From a virus (Duplodnaviria; Caudoviricetes): a DNA stretch of 57,385 nucleotides. The notes under the pieces were generated by a model. The model saw only the letters and a program-made list of their open reading frames with translations. It was not told the DNA's origin and did not search any database. Shown here in pieces: positions 45,066-55,000 of this stretch (position 1 is its first letter; the number at the start of each line of letters is the position of its first letter). Made by a program: the position numbers and the translations under genes. The stretch spans positions 1-57,385 of the IMG/VR virus record IMGVR_UViG_3300021182_000018; one strand, 5' to 3'.

Positions 45066-47747
45066 ATGAAAATTGTAAGTAATTTAGAAGTAGATGGTAA
45101 TTTTAATATAGGGGTAACATCTGCAACCATATCCTCTGCTGGTAATGCGTCTTTTCAAACAGTTTCCGGAACACATTTCGGAAATCTTTCTGGCACCGCC
45201 TCCAATTCAGTTCAATTATTAAACACGCAACCATTTTCTATAATTGGTGATGTGTCCTCATCTTCTATATCTTTCAATGGAACTGGTGGGGTCTCTTTAG
45301 TTTCTGTTCTTTCTGCAACTGGTGTAACTCCTGGAATTTATGGAACAAATACTTCCGTTTCTCAATTTCAAGTAGATTCTAAGGGGCGAATTATTTCGGC
45401 GTCGAGTATATCAATTCAATTTCCCGGAGGAGGGTCCGGTGGATCAGTTTCTTCCGTGGGAATTTCATCAACAACGCTAAACGTCGGCTTGAGTCCAATA
45501 ACAACTTCCGGAAATATTTCTGTAAATCTTTCCGCAACTGGTGTGTCTGCTGGTTCATATGGTTCTACAAATAATATACCAGTAATATCTTTAGATTCTT
45601 TTGGAAGAGTAATTTCCGCATCAACTATATCGTCTGTATTTTATCCGGCATCCACTTATTATTCTATAACAACTCCTCAAATTATTTCTTCTTCTGTTAC
45701 ACTAACTTCTATACTTCCAGGGATGCCTTCGTTTAGTGTATTAACACAATCTCCCGGAAACGTAATATATATTAAAGGTAGTGGAAACATATCTTGGGCA
45801 AATTTAGCAAACACATTAACTTGGAATTTTGTGGATGGGTTTAATACTTTGGTTTCTTTTGGAGTTTCTGGAAACGATATTTCAAATTCCATAATCAATA
45901 CTTTATACAATTGGGAAATAGATGCTAAATTAGAACCACAAACATCTGCTGGAACATCTGCAACTGTTATTTTAGTCGGGACAATGAAATTTTATGATTC
46001 TTCTACATTTACTTTAATAAATTTGAATGAATCCGCAACCGTAAATACAACTATCCAAAACTCTTTGAATATTTCTGTCCAGTGGTCTAATGCTGCTACA
46101 AACAATAAAGTAACAGTAAACGAAATGACTGTTTCTCAAGCATCCTCTAATTCCGGGATAATATATACTGGAGTCGGTGTGTCCTCCGTTGGAATTACAT
46201 CGACCACATTAACGATAACTGGGTCTCCGGTTACTACTGCCGGATATATAAATGTAGATTTGAATACTTTTGGAACGTCAGGAACATTTACTAAAGTGAC
46301 GACAGATATATATGGTAGAGTTGTTTCTGGAACATATTTGACTAGTGGTGATATTCCGGTTCTTCCATATTTGTCTGCTATTCCGTCATTAAATTATGGT
46401 TCTGTTTCATCTGTAGGTATTTCATCAACCACATTAACAGTTTCCAACACGCCTATAACAACTTCTGGAAACATTTCCGTAAATCTTTCGGCAACTGGTG
46501 TTTCGGCTATAATTGGTGCTCCAAATTTCTTTCCTATATTTACTGTAGATACTTTTGGAAGGGTTATTTCCGCGACATCAGCATTCGATTATGATCCATA
46601 TTTTCCTTTATCAGGAGGAACTTTATCTGGGACAGGTAATATATATTCTCCTGGATATATTTCTGGAACTTCTGGTAATTTTAATTTATTGTATTCGAAT
46701 GATATTAATATAATTCTTACTAGTGCCATATATAAAGCTTTTCCAGGATCACCTTTAGAAATGGACGGGTATATTAATTCATATTTTCAAACAATTTCTC
46801 AAAATCAATCATCTGGTATTTCTAATTCTACAGATTTTGTTGCTACATCTGATATTGGAAATGATACTAATTTTTATATAGATTTTGGAATAAATGGTTC
46901 AAAATATTTACAATCTGCTAATAATTGGTATGTAAATGGTCCGAATGATGGATATATTTATACACAAGGAAGCAATTTATCTATTGGATCTATAGGAAAC
47001 TCCGCAACATCTGGAAACTCGATAAACTTTTTCGTAAACTCTACGTCTGCCCAAAATATAATAGTGAATATAACATCTTCTGGTATTTCTGCTACAAATA
47101 TTTCGGCGAATTCTCAAACATTAACATCTACAGTAGATTCTCCATTAACAATAAACATGTCTGCTACTGGTGGGTTTATACATCCTATTATTGCTTTGAA
47201 TACTGGAATGTCCGCCACTGTTGGTAATCGATTTAATTTCGATTTTGGTTTACAGGAAGCTACAAATAATGCTGCGAACTTTGGTTTTTGTTATCAAGGA
47301 AATGGTTCTTCGAATAATTTTATAACATTTGGAGTTTTCGGAACAAATGATTTATTAACAATTTCTGCGAACAAAACCGCGACATTTTTAGGACCTGTTT
47401 ATGGGTCCTCGGGAATAGGTTATAATATTGGTTCTGGTGGTCAAATTGTTCAAGCAACCAATAAGGCGACCGGCGTTACTTTGAATAAGCTAACCGGAAA
47501 TATTATAATGAGTAGTGCTGCATTAGCTTCTGCAACTACAGTAAACTTTGTTCTTACGAATTCGTTTATAGGCGCAAATGACTTTGTAAATATAAATCAC
47601 ACATCTGCTGGAACTTTAGGTGCATATGGTTTCGCTGTGACTCCTGCAAATGGTTCAGCAACAATATTCATTAGAAATAATACGAATGCGTCATTATCAG
47701 AAGCTATAGCAATAAAATTCATGGTTTTCAAGGCGGCAATTTCCTAA
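45066..47747 (+). CDS. Second Ser/Thr/Gly-rich fibre protein (893 aa)
   Basis: Shares the repeat modules of the previous gene; distinct C-terminal domains (QATNKATGVTLNKLTGNI). Confidence 0.8.
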   Translation: MKIVSNLEVDGNFNIGVTSATISSAGNASFQTVSGTHFGNLSGTASNSVQLLNTQPFSIIGDVSSSSISFNGTGGVSLVSVLSATGVTPGIYGTNTSVSQFQVDSKGRIISASSISIQFPGGGSGGSVSSVGISSTTLNVGLSPITTSGNISVNLSATGVSAGSYGSTNNIPVISLDSFGRVISASTISSVFYPASTYYSITTPQIISSSVTLTSILPGMPSFSVLTQSPGNVIYIKGSGNISWANLANTLTWNFVDGFNTLVSFGVSGNDISNSIINTLYNWEIDAKLEPQTSAGTSATVILVGTMKFYDSSTFTLINLNESATVNTTIQNSLNISVQWSNAATNNKVTVNEMTVSQASSNSGIIYTGVGVSSVGITSTTLTITGSPVTTAGYINVDLNTFGTSGTFTKVTTDIYGRVVSGTYLTSGDIPVLPYLSAIPSLNYGSVSSVGISSTTLTVSNTPITTSGNISVNLSATGVSAIIGAPNFFPIFTVDTFGRVISATSAFDYDPYFPLSGGTLSGTGNIYSPGYISGTSGNFNLLYSNDINIILTSAIYKAFPGSPLEMDGYINSYFQTISQNQSSGISNSTDFVATSDIGNDTNFYIDFGINGSKYLQSANNWYVNGPNDGYIYTQGSNLSIGSIGNSATSGNSINFFVNSTSAQNIIVNITSSGISATNISANSQTLTSTVDSPLTINMSATGGFIHPIIALNTGMSATVGNRFNFDFGLQEATNNAANFGFCYQGNGSSNNFITFGVFGTNDLLTISANKTATFLGPVYGSSGIGYNIGSGGQIVQATNKATGVTLNKLTGNIIMSSAALASATTVNFVLTNSFIGANDFVNINHTSAGTLGAYGFAVTPANGSATIFIRNNTNASLSEAIAIKFMVFKAAIS

Positions 47748-48133
47748 TGAATAAAATACAAGTCGTCTCCACAAATTCCATAAACAACATAACATACCAA
47801 ACTTTATATCTTGTTAGTGCCGCAACATCTTCTACTTCGTCTGCAACCTCCGCAAGTTTACAAACATTTCGATATGTAGTTCCAAACTTAGTAGCATTTC
47901 TCGTAAGTGGAACTTCTGGAACGTCTTCTACTTCATATACTGCTTCTTTTAATATATATTCTGGAGTAAATTCTACATTATCGAACATATCATCAGGTTC
48001 TATATCAAATAATTCTAATGTAGATAGCATAGTTATTATAAACGCATTTGGTGTTAATTCTTTTGCAGCGGATCTAACTGTCTCTGGAACATTATCTGGA
48101 GCAAATATTTCTATAATTGCTAAAAACTCTTAA
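47747..48133 (+). CDS. Small Ser/Thr-rich virion-associated protein
   Basis: 128 aa, coupled to the fibre gene; SAATSSTSSATSAS, VSGTSGTSS. Confidence 0.65.
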   Translation: MNKIQVVSTNSINNITYQTLYLVSAATSSTSSATSASLQTFRYVVPNLVAFLVSGTSGTSSTSYTASFNIYSGVNSTLSNISSGSISNNSNVDSIVIINAFGVNSFAADLTVSGTLSGANISIIAKNS

Positions 48134-48162
48134 GATAAATACTTCAAAAGAGGGTTTGCCAA

Positions 48163-48684
48163 ATGCCTACAGGACTAATGAAATCGCTTGCAAAACAATC
48201 TGGGAAGAAACCCAAGACTGTAGAAAATCTTTGGAAAAAATGTGAAAAAATTGTAAAGAAAGAATATGATATAGATGAAAAGTCGGAAAGATTTTACCCT
48301 TTAGTTGTAGGATGTCTTAAAAATCTATTAGATATTAAAAAAGAAGAGCAGAAAGATGTTCCTATGGCTCCTGGTGCTGCTCCTCAAACGACTACATTAA
48401 CTATGGGGAATTATGTATTTGCACCAAAAGCTGCAACATTTTCTAGACAGCCAATTAGTCCTATGTCAGTTGAAGATAGTAAGTTAGAAAAAAAATTAAA
48501 GAAGATTAAGAAAACAATAGATGAAGATTTGACACAAGTTAAGACTTTGGATGAATTACTTTCGGAAAATTTGAAGTATTTTTCTGAAAAATTTGACGAA
48601 AGTAATAAAATAATCAACTCCTCAATATCTATGGTAGCTAAATATTTGAAGTTGGAAGAATCAAATCTTAATGACTTGAAATAA
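48163..48684 (+). CDS. Late hypothetical protein (basic helical N-terminal domain)
   Basis: ATAAATA 48135-48141; GAGG RBS. Confidence 0.6.
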   Translation: MPTGLMKSLAKQSGKKPKTVENLWKKCEKIVKKEYDIDEKSERFYPLVVGCLKNLLDIKKEEQKDVPMAPGAAPQTTTLTMGNYVFAPKAATFSRQPISPMSVEDSKLEKKLKKIKKTIDEDLTQVKTLDELLSENLKYFSEKFDESNKIINSSISMVAKYLKLEESNLNDLK

Positions 48685-48695
48685 TAAGGAACTTC

Positions 48696-50390
48696 ATGAA
48701 CATCGGCATAAACCCATTTAGTCACAATTTCTTAAAAGCTAGAAACAAGTTTGACCAAGATACAGATGATGCTATTGTAAGAAATTCTCAAGGTGTTTCT
48801 CAAGAAGAGTCTATGCTTATAGATGCTTCTCAAAATCTTTATGGGTCTTATTCATCTAGTCCTAATGCGATGTTTACTTCTAATCAAGCTGCCTTCAAAT
48901 CAATTTTCGCATCAAAGGCTCAAAAAATCGCTACTTATAGAGACATGTCTTTTTTCCCAGAAATTTCTAACGCTCTAGATACCATTTGTGACGAAGCCAT
49001 TACTCCAGACGAACATGGTAAATATGTAAAACTAATAATCAAAAAAGATTTACCTACAAGAGATGAAAAACATATTAGAAAAGTTTTTGATTATATTGTA
49101 GATGAAGTGATAAAATTTGACCAGCGTGGATGGAATCTTTTCCGAATGTGGTTAATAGATTCTGAATTGTTTTTAGAAAAAGTTATGAATGACCAAGGCA
49201 CAAGAATTATAGGAATGAAAGTTCTTCCCGCCGTAAATACATATCCAATTTATAACGGAACAACTATAGAAAAATACGTTCAGTCTACAAAAAGATTTGC
49301 TTTGTCTACTCTTTATTCTCAAAATCAAGATACTGCATTTGAAACCAATCAAATTTGCTATGTCCATTGGAATAATTATTCTCAATCTCGTTTAGACGTA
49401 AGAGGATACTTAGAAGGAACTATCAGAACTTGGAATCAATATAAAAATCTTCAAGACTCTTTGGTTATTTACCGACTAGTAAGAGCACCTGAAAGAAGAC
49501 TTTGGAACGTAGAAGCTGGAAGACTACCTCCTGGAAAGGCTGAAGAATATTTGAAAGGTTTGATTGCAAGATATAGAAAAAACTATACTTACAATTCTGA
49601 ATCCGGCACTGTTGACTCTACAAAAATGTTTCAGGCTCTTACTGATGATTACTGGTTTATTAAAAGAGAAGGGCAAGGAACAGACGTAACTACTTTGCAA
49701 TCAGGAATGAATCTTGGTGAGATAGAAGATGTAAATATGTTCTTAACCGCTTTATATACATCTCTAAAAATTCCTAAAAATCGCTGGGCGGATAATCTTA
49801 ATTCAGTAGTTTCTAATACTGCTCCAGGAGAAATCACTAGAGAAGAATTAAAGTTCGAAAAAATGATTAGAAGATTTAGAGGAATGTTTAAGAAAATTTT
49901 CATAGATTTTCTCTGCACACAATTGGTTCTTTCTAATCAAGTAGATTCAAAATTTACTAGAGAACATTGTTTTGATATAGAATTCTGTAATGATAATGCC
50001 TTCGCTGAACAAAAGAAACTTCTAAACTTAAAATCTCGCTTGGAAGTAATTAACATGGCATCTTCTCTAATTGCTAGTAAAGATAATCCAAACGGTCTCT
50101 TCCCGGTTAAATATGTTATGACAGAAATTTGGGGAGATAATGAAGAAGAATATCAAGAAAAGAGAAATCAAATTGCTGAAGAACTTTCCGAAAATGCAGA
50201 AAAAGAGGAAGATAAAGAACCAGAAGATAATGCCGAAGAAGAAGAACCTACACCAGACCAAGAAATGAATCAGCAAAACCAAGAATCTAATGCTGAAGAA
50301 ACTGGTGCGGAAAAAGAACAAACACCTGAAGGATCTAAAGAACAACCTCCTCCAGAAGAAGCAGAAACAGGCGCAATACAACTTCCTTAA
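48696..50390 (+). CDS. gp20: Portal protein
   Basis: YRDMS..PEI..A...I.DEA, W.ID..L, VIYRLVRAPERR, DDYWFIKREG..T.V.TL, LY.SLKIP, EITREELKF. Confidence 0.96.
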   Translation: MNIGINPFSHNFLKARNKFDQDTDDAIVRNSQGVSQEESMLIDASQNLYGSYSSSPNAMFTSNQAAFKSIFASKAQKIATYRDMSFFPEISNALDTICDEAITPDEHGKYVKLIIKKDLPTRDEKHIRKVFDYIVDEVIKFDQRGWNLFRMWLIDSELFLEKVMNDQGTRIIGMKVLPAVNTYPIYNGTTIEKYVQSTKRFALSTLYSQNQDTAFETNQICYVHWNNYSQSRLDVRGYLEGTIRTWNQYKNLQDSLVIYRLVRAPERRLWNVEAGRLPPGKAEEYLKGLIARYRKNYTYNSESGTVDSTKMFQALTDDYWFIKREGQGTDVTTLQSGMNLGEIEDVNMFLTALYTSLKIPKNRWADNLNSVVSNTAPGEITREELKFEKMIRRFRGMFKKIFIDFLCTQLVLSNQVDSKFTREHCFDIEFCNDNAFAEQKKLLNLKSRLEVINMASSLIASKDNPNGLFPVKYVMTEIWGDNEEEYQEKRNQIAEELSENAEKEEDKEPEDNAEEEEPTPDQEMNQQNQESNAEETGAEKEQTPEGSKEQPPPEEAETGAIQLP

Positions 50391-50460
50391 ATTTGGTATA
50401 AAGTTTTCGTAAAATTTTTCAGAAAGTTTTTATAAATAATTCTAAAAGAGGACCCTAAAA

Positions 50461-51297
50461 ATGGATTTTAAAGACCTTGCTAATAAGATTTTAAACGAAG
50501 GAGCCGAAACTCCTAAAGCAAAAGATGTAGATTCTGTAGAAAGTATTCTAGAATCACTTGACCAAAAAATGAACGAGGAAGCTTCTTCAACATCTGACGA
50601 AACTTCTGACGAAAAAGAATTTAAGAAAGATGCTAAGAAAGCTGCCGCATATGTTAAGTCAGATCCTAATGAGCTTGTAGTAGATATGGGCAAGGGAATG
50701 AAAGCTCCTAAAAACGTAAATGTTTCTCCAAAGTTTTTAGGAAAGCTGAATTATATGCCTAATCCTTTGGAACATACTCCTGGAACTACTTTCAAACACG
50801 TTAATGAAGGTGTTGTTTATATTAGAACCGAAGGCGAGAATCTTTGGGAATCTCTAGTATCTGATGGAAAGCCCGGAAAGAATGCTTATCCTTCAGGTGG
50901 TGGTGGACTTGGGTTGAGAGATGTTAATAAGGCTATCTCTGATTCTACTGGTGGTGTTTCCGTATACGTTTCCGGAGCTACTTCAGGAACTTTGTTTACT
51001 AATAATCTTATCGTTAACAACATCATTTATCAAACTACTATCACATCATCCTCCGTTCAGTTGGATCCTTCATATGATAATCAGGTTGTTATAAATGCTT
51101 CAGCGGTAACAATTAAACTTCCTAATCCCCCTATTACTGGTCTTGAATATACATTTTTCAATAGAAACTTTGCATATACTCTTTCCGCCGCACAGTCAAT
51201 CTATTATAATGGAACAGTTGCCAATACTCAGTCTATAGTTTCTGGAACAAATATACTATTTTGCGCATATGATGGTTTGGTCTGGGCTGCAAAATAA
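50461..51297 (+). CDS. Head-associated hypothetical protein (acidic N-half, beta-rich C-terminal domain)
   Basis: TATAAATA 50431-50438; ILNE/VNE motifs; C-terminal ITLP-type beta domain ending YDGLVW. Confidence 0.6.
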   Translation: MDFKDLANKILNEGAETPKAKDVDSVESILESLDQKMNEEASSTSDETSDEKEFKKDAKKAAAYVKSDPNELVVDMGKGMKAPKNVNVSPKFLGKLNYMPNPLEHTPGTTFKHVNEGVVYIRTEGENLWESLVSDGKPGKNAYPSGGGGLGLRDVNKAISDSTGGVSVYVSGATSGTLFTNNLIVNNIIYQTTITSSSVQLDPSYDNQVVINASAVTIKLPNPPITGLEYTFFNRNFAYTLSAAQSIYYNGTVANTQSIVSGTNILFCAYDGLVWAAK

Positions 51298-51379
51298 TAG
51301 ATTAGAAAGTCTTTAATAAAACTTTTTAAAAAATCTCTAAACCCTCTATCATAAATACTTTGAAAGAGGGTTTTTAAAT

Positions 51380-51541
51380 ATGTCTAAGAAAATTATCGAA
51401 ATGGTTAACGAAGGTGATTATGTCTCATTAAAGCCAGTTCTTGAAGAAATGGTTGCTAAAAAAATTGTAGAAAAGATTGGTAAGAAGAAAGAAGAATTTA
51501 TCGCAGACCTTAAAGAAAAACGGGCCGGAAAGAAAGGATAA
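51380..51541 (+). CDS. Prohead core protein gp67-like (53 aa, not in ORF track)
   Basis: MSKKIIEMVNEGDYVSLKPVLEEMVAKKIVEKIGKKKEEFIADL...; position between portal and protease; ATAAATA and GAGG upstream. Confidence 0.65.
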   Translation: MSKKIIEMVNEGDYVSLKPVLEEMVAKKIVEKIGKKKEEFIADLKEKRAGKKG

Positions 51542-51603
51542 TTTTTAATCGGGATTTTTAGAGAAAGTTTTAGAGAAAGTTTTCGGAAAACTTTGGGGGA
51601 ATT

Positions 51604-52266
51604 ATGGCGGAAGAAAGATTAAAATTACTGACTGAGTTCGTGAATTCTTCGGATTTGGATTATCTGGTTGAAGAGAAAAATGATGGTTCTAAAGATAAAA
51701 CTTATAGAATTAAGGGGCCATTTATAATGTGTGAACAAAAAAATCAAAATCAAAGAATTTATAGAAAGAGAGTAGTTGCCCCAGAAGTTGAAAGGTATAC
51801 TAATACACATATAAAAATGAGAAAATCTATAGGAAATCTTTCACATCCTGAATCGCCCGTATTAAAATTTGAGGACAGTTGTATATTAACAGAGAGTTTA
51901 ACAGAAGAGGGAGATAATTATATTGGAACTGCTTTGGCTTTAGATACTCCGAATGGGAAAATATTAAAAGCACTTATGAATGACCGTATTTTAATCTCCT
52001 GTAGTACGCGTGGTCTTGGTTCAGTTTTATCAAATGGTGAAGTGAATGACAATTTTAAACTTATTGCTACTGATTGTTGTGTAGATCCTTCAGCAACAAT
52101 CGCAGTAACCGAAAGCTTGGTAGAACAATTTGATTGGATTGTTGATGGTGACTCTTTTAGACAAGTTGCTGTAGAAAATTTTCAGAAAGATCTTTCGAAA
52201 AATGGAACCAGAAATTTAGAAGTTGATTTAAGAAAGTTTATAGAAAATTTTCGAAAAACTTATTAA
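51604..52266 (+). CDS. gp21: Prohead protease
   Basis: IKGPF...EQKN.N.RIY, G.LSHP, LDTPNG, STRGLGS, D...DPSA. Confidence 0.95.
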   Translation: MAEERLKLLTEFVNSSDLDYLVEEKNDGSKDKTYRIKGPFIMCEQKNQNQRIYRKRVVAPEVERYTNTHIKMRKSIGNLSHPESPVLKFEDSCILTESLTEEGDNYIGTALALDTPNGKILKALMNDRILISCSTRGLGSVLSNGEVNDNFKLIATDCCVDPSATIAVTESLVEQFDWIVDGDSFRQVAVENFQKDLSKNGTRNLEVDLRKFIENFRKTY

Positions 52267-52328
52267 AAAATTATAGTAGACATCCGAAGGGTTAAACTAC
52301 CTATGAATTATTATACTATAATTTTTTA

Positions 52329-52357
52329 TTGACTATTAAGATTAAATATGATAAAAT
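52329..52357 (+). promoter_or_regulatory. sigma70-type promoter for the GIY-YIG gene
   Basis: TTGACT-attaagattaaatatga(17)-TAAAAT. Confidence 0.7.
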
Positions 52358-52383
52358 TATTTTAAGAAATAAAGGAGTTCGTC

Positions 52384-53865
52384 ATGGCTAAAAAGAAAAT
52401 ATGTGGAATATATAAATTTACGAATAATATTAACGGAAAATTATATATTGGACAAAGCAATGATGTTTGGAAAAGATATAAATCACATAGTCATTTTAAT
52501 GATGATTGTCCTTTTCATAAAGCTATTAAAAAATATGGATTTGAAAATTTTTCATTTGATATTTTAGAAGAATGTGTTCCTGAAAGATTAGATGAATTGG
52601 AAATAAAATATATAAAGGAATTAGATTCAACCATACAAAATAGAAATGGCTATAATTGTGATGGTGGTGGGCAATTTTTTCAAGATTATGATTCATCTAA
52701 AGAAAAATGGAAGGCGCATGCGAATTCTGATAAAAATCCTTGGAAACAAAAAGATGGTGCCTGGAGATTAGGTGGAAATAATTACAATGCTAGAAAAGTT
52801 GCCGACAATACAGGAAGAATCTGGAGTTGTGTAAAAGAATGTGCAGATGCGTTAGGAATAAAATCGCATTTTCATGACATGCTTGGTGGTTTAAAACCAA
52901 TGAGTAGAACTATAGTTCATTTAGATTTACATTATGAAGATGATATATATTGGGTCCCAAAACCTATAGACGAATTGGAACGATTATCAAAAATAGAATA
53001 TAAAGGAATGAATACGCCAAACAATAAAGAAGTATTTGATAGATATGGAAATAGTTTAGGTTGTATTATAGATGTCGCTAGAAGATATAATATTGTTCCA
53101 TCAACATTTTATAATATGATGAATGGAACTTTAGATTTTCCAAAAGCCTTGGCATTATTAGATTTTCATATATTTTCCGAAAATTATATACCAAAACCAA
53201 TAGATGAAATTGAAAAATATTACAATGAAAAAGAATTAGAGAAATATCATGTTGCTAGTAATGATGGAAGATTTTGGAAATATGTAGAAGATGCTGCAAA
53301 AGAATTAAAAATACAATATAATAACCTATGTTCTATGTTATCTGGAAGAATTAGATTTAGAAAAGATTTGTATTGTTTAGATTTACACTATACAAATAAA
53401 GAACATATAAACAAAAATAAAGAAGAATTAGAAAAAGAATATAATGAAATAGAAAGAATTGTTTATAGAGGAGGAGAATCACCAAGAGCAAGAAAAGTTG
53501 CCGACAATACTGGAAGAATTTGGGGATCGATTGGTGAAGCTGCTAAAGACTTAAAAATGAATACATCAGATTTAACATCTACGTTAACTGGCAAATTAAA
53601 AACAAGAAAAGATTTATATTACTTAGATTTACATTATGCTGATGATATAAATTATATTTCGAAAACTCCTGAGCAAATATTAGAAAAGATTAAACAAGAC
53701 AATCCTAAAAAAATTGTTTATGATAATTCTGGAAGATTTTGGATGTCTGCTAAAGAATGTTCTAGAGAACTTGAAATATCTTCTAGTAATCTTTTAATTT
53801 ATCTTAAAGGAGAACGAAAATTTCCAGACAAAATCAAACACTTAGGTCTTCACTACAAACCCTAA
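52384..53865 (+). CDS. GIY-YIG homing endonuclease with five C-terminal NUMOD1-like repeats
   Basis: GIYKFTN..NGKLYIGQS...R...H, E..YI, NGYN; repeats (R)KVADNTGRIW.....A..L......LDLHY. Confidence 0.9.
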   Translation: MAKKKICGIYKFTNNINGKLYIGQSNDVWKRYKSHSHFNDDCPFHKAIKKYGFENFSFDILEECVPERLDELEIKYIKELDSTIQNRNGYNCDGGGQFFQDYDSSKEKWKAHANSDKNPWKQKDGAWRLGGNNYNARKVADNTGRIWSCVKECADALGIKSHFHDMLGGLKPMSRTIVHLDLHYEDDIYWVPKPIDELERLSKIEYKGMNTPNNKEVFDRYGNSLGCIIDVARRYNIVPSTFYNMMNGTLDFPKALALLDFHIFSENYIPKPIDEIEKYYNEKELEKYHVASNDGRFWKYVEDAAKELKIQYNNLCSMLSGRIRFRKDLYCLDLHYTNKEHINKNKEELEKEYNEIERIVYRGGESPRARKVADNTGRIWGSIGEAAKDLKMNTSDLTSTLTGKLKTRKDLYYLDLHYADDINYISKTPEQILEKIKQDNPKKIVYDNSGRFWMSAKECSRELEISSSNLLIYLKGERKFPDKIKHLGLHYKP

Positions 53866-53972
53866 AAAATTCCAACCACCTATTTATCAAAATTCTCTAA
53901 AAACTTTTCCGAAGCTTTCCAAAAAAATTCTTTCAAATTTCCTAAATAATTTAAACAAGAGGAACATATAAA

Positions 53973-54950
53973 ATGGCTAACAAAATCCTAGAAAAATTTA
54001 AAGACGGACTTTCTCCAGAATCATACGCAGAACTTGAAGAATCCGTAACTACACTAATTGAAGATAAAGCAAAGATAAGGGCCGAAATTCTTATTGAAGA
54101 GGAAAAGGCTCGTCTAGAAGAACTTGCCGAAAGCTTTTGCGAACAGGAAGTCAAAACTCGTCTAGAACTTGCCGAAAAGACTTTGAAAGAATCTTACGAA
54201 ACTAAGACTAACGAATTTAAGGAAACTGCTGTAGAAAAGCTTCAGGCTCTAGCTGATAAGTATGTGGCAGAACAATTGACAGAAGCCGTTGCAAAAGAAA
54301 CCGAAAAGCTAGAAGAAAAGTATGCAGAGAAATTCGAAAAGCTAGAGGAATCTGTTTTAGACAATCTTGATAAATGGCTAGACATGGAAATCACCAACAA
54401 AATTTCAGATGAAGTCCTAAAGGAACACGCAATTCATCAGGCTTACGCTCCTATTGTAGATGGTATTTTCAAGCTTTTCGAAACATCTCTCGTAGGGCTT
54501 GATACAGATGGAGAGAAGACTATTAAAGAATCTGAAGAGAAGACTACCGAACTGACTAAGAAACTAAACGAATCCTATCAGGCTACTATCAATCTCCAGA
54601 AGAAGAATGACGAACTAAAGACTGGTCTCCTAATTGCTTCTAAGATTGACGGACTTTCTAACAAACAGAAGAGTCGCGTAATCACTATGTTCGAAGGAAA
54701 GTCTTTTGATGAAGTTGCTTCTAAGATTGATACTTTCGTTCAAGTATTAGAAGAAGCTGAATCACCTTTTGGAGAAGAGAATGAAAAGCCTTCTAAGTCT
54801 TCTAAGAAATCATCTAAGAAAGAAGAAATAAACGAAGATATTTTTGCCGAAGATACTTTAGATACCCTGGAAGAAGATAAGAAAGAAGAGAAAGATGAAC
54901 GTAGCCAAGATGAAATTAGATTGGGTCGCGTTGCAGATCTTTTGAAGTAA
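53973..54950 (+). CDS. gp22: Prohead scaffold protein
   Basis: Acidic coiled-coil between protease and capsid genes; LDKWLD, many LxE sites. Confidence 0.85.
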   Translation: MANKILEKFKDGLSPESYAELEESVTTLIEDKAKIRAEILIEEEKARLEELAESFCEQEVKTRLELAEKTLKESYETKTNEFKETAVEKLQALADKYVAEQLTEAVAKETEKLEEKYAEKFEKLEESVLDNLDKWLDMEITNKISDEVLKEHAIHQAYAPIVDGIFKLFETSLVGLDTDGEKTIKESEEKTTELTKKLNESYQATINLQKKNDELKTGLLIASKIDGLSNKQKSRVITMFEGKSFDEVASKIDTFVQVLEEAESPFGEENEKPSKSSKKSSKKEEINEDIFAEDTLDTLEEDKKEEKDERSQDEIRLGRVADLLK

Positions 54951-55000
54951 GTTTTTGATTGTTTTCTGATTGTTTTTGAGAAAGTGTTCGGGAAATTTTT

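Noticed and set aside
40404-47747. Diversity-generating retroelement acting on the fibre repeats
   Set aside because: No reverse transcriptase in the window; repeat differences look mostly synonymous rather than adenine-specific.
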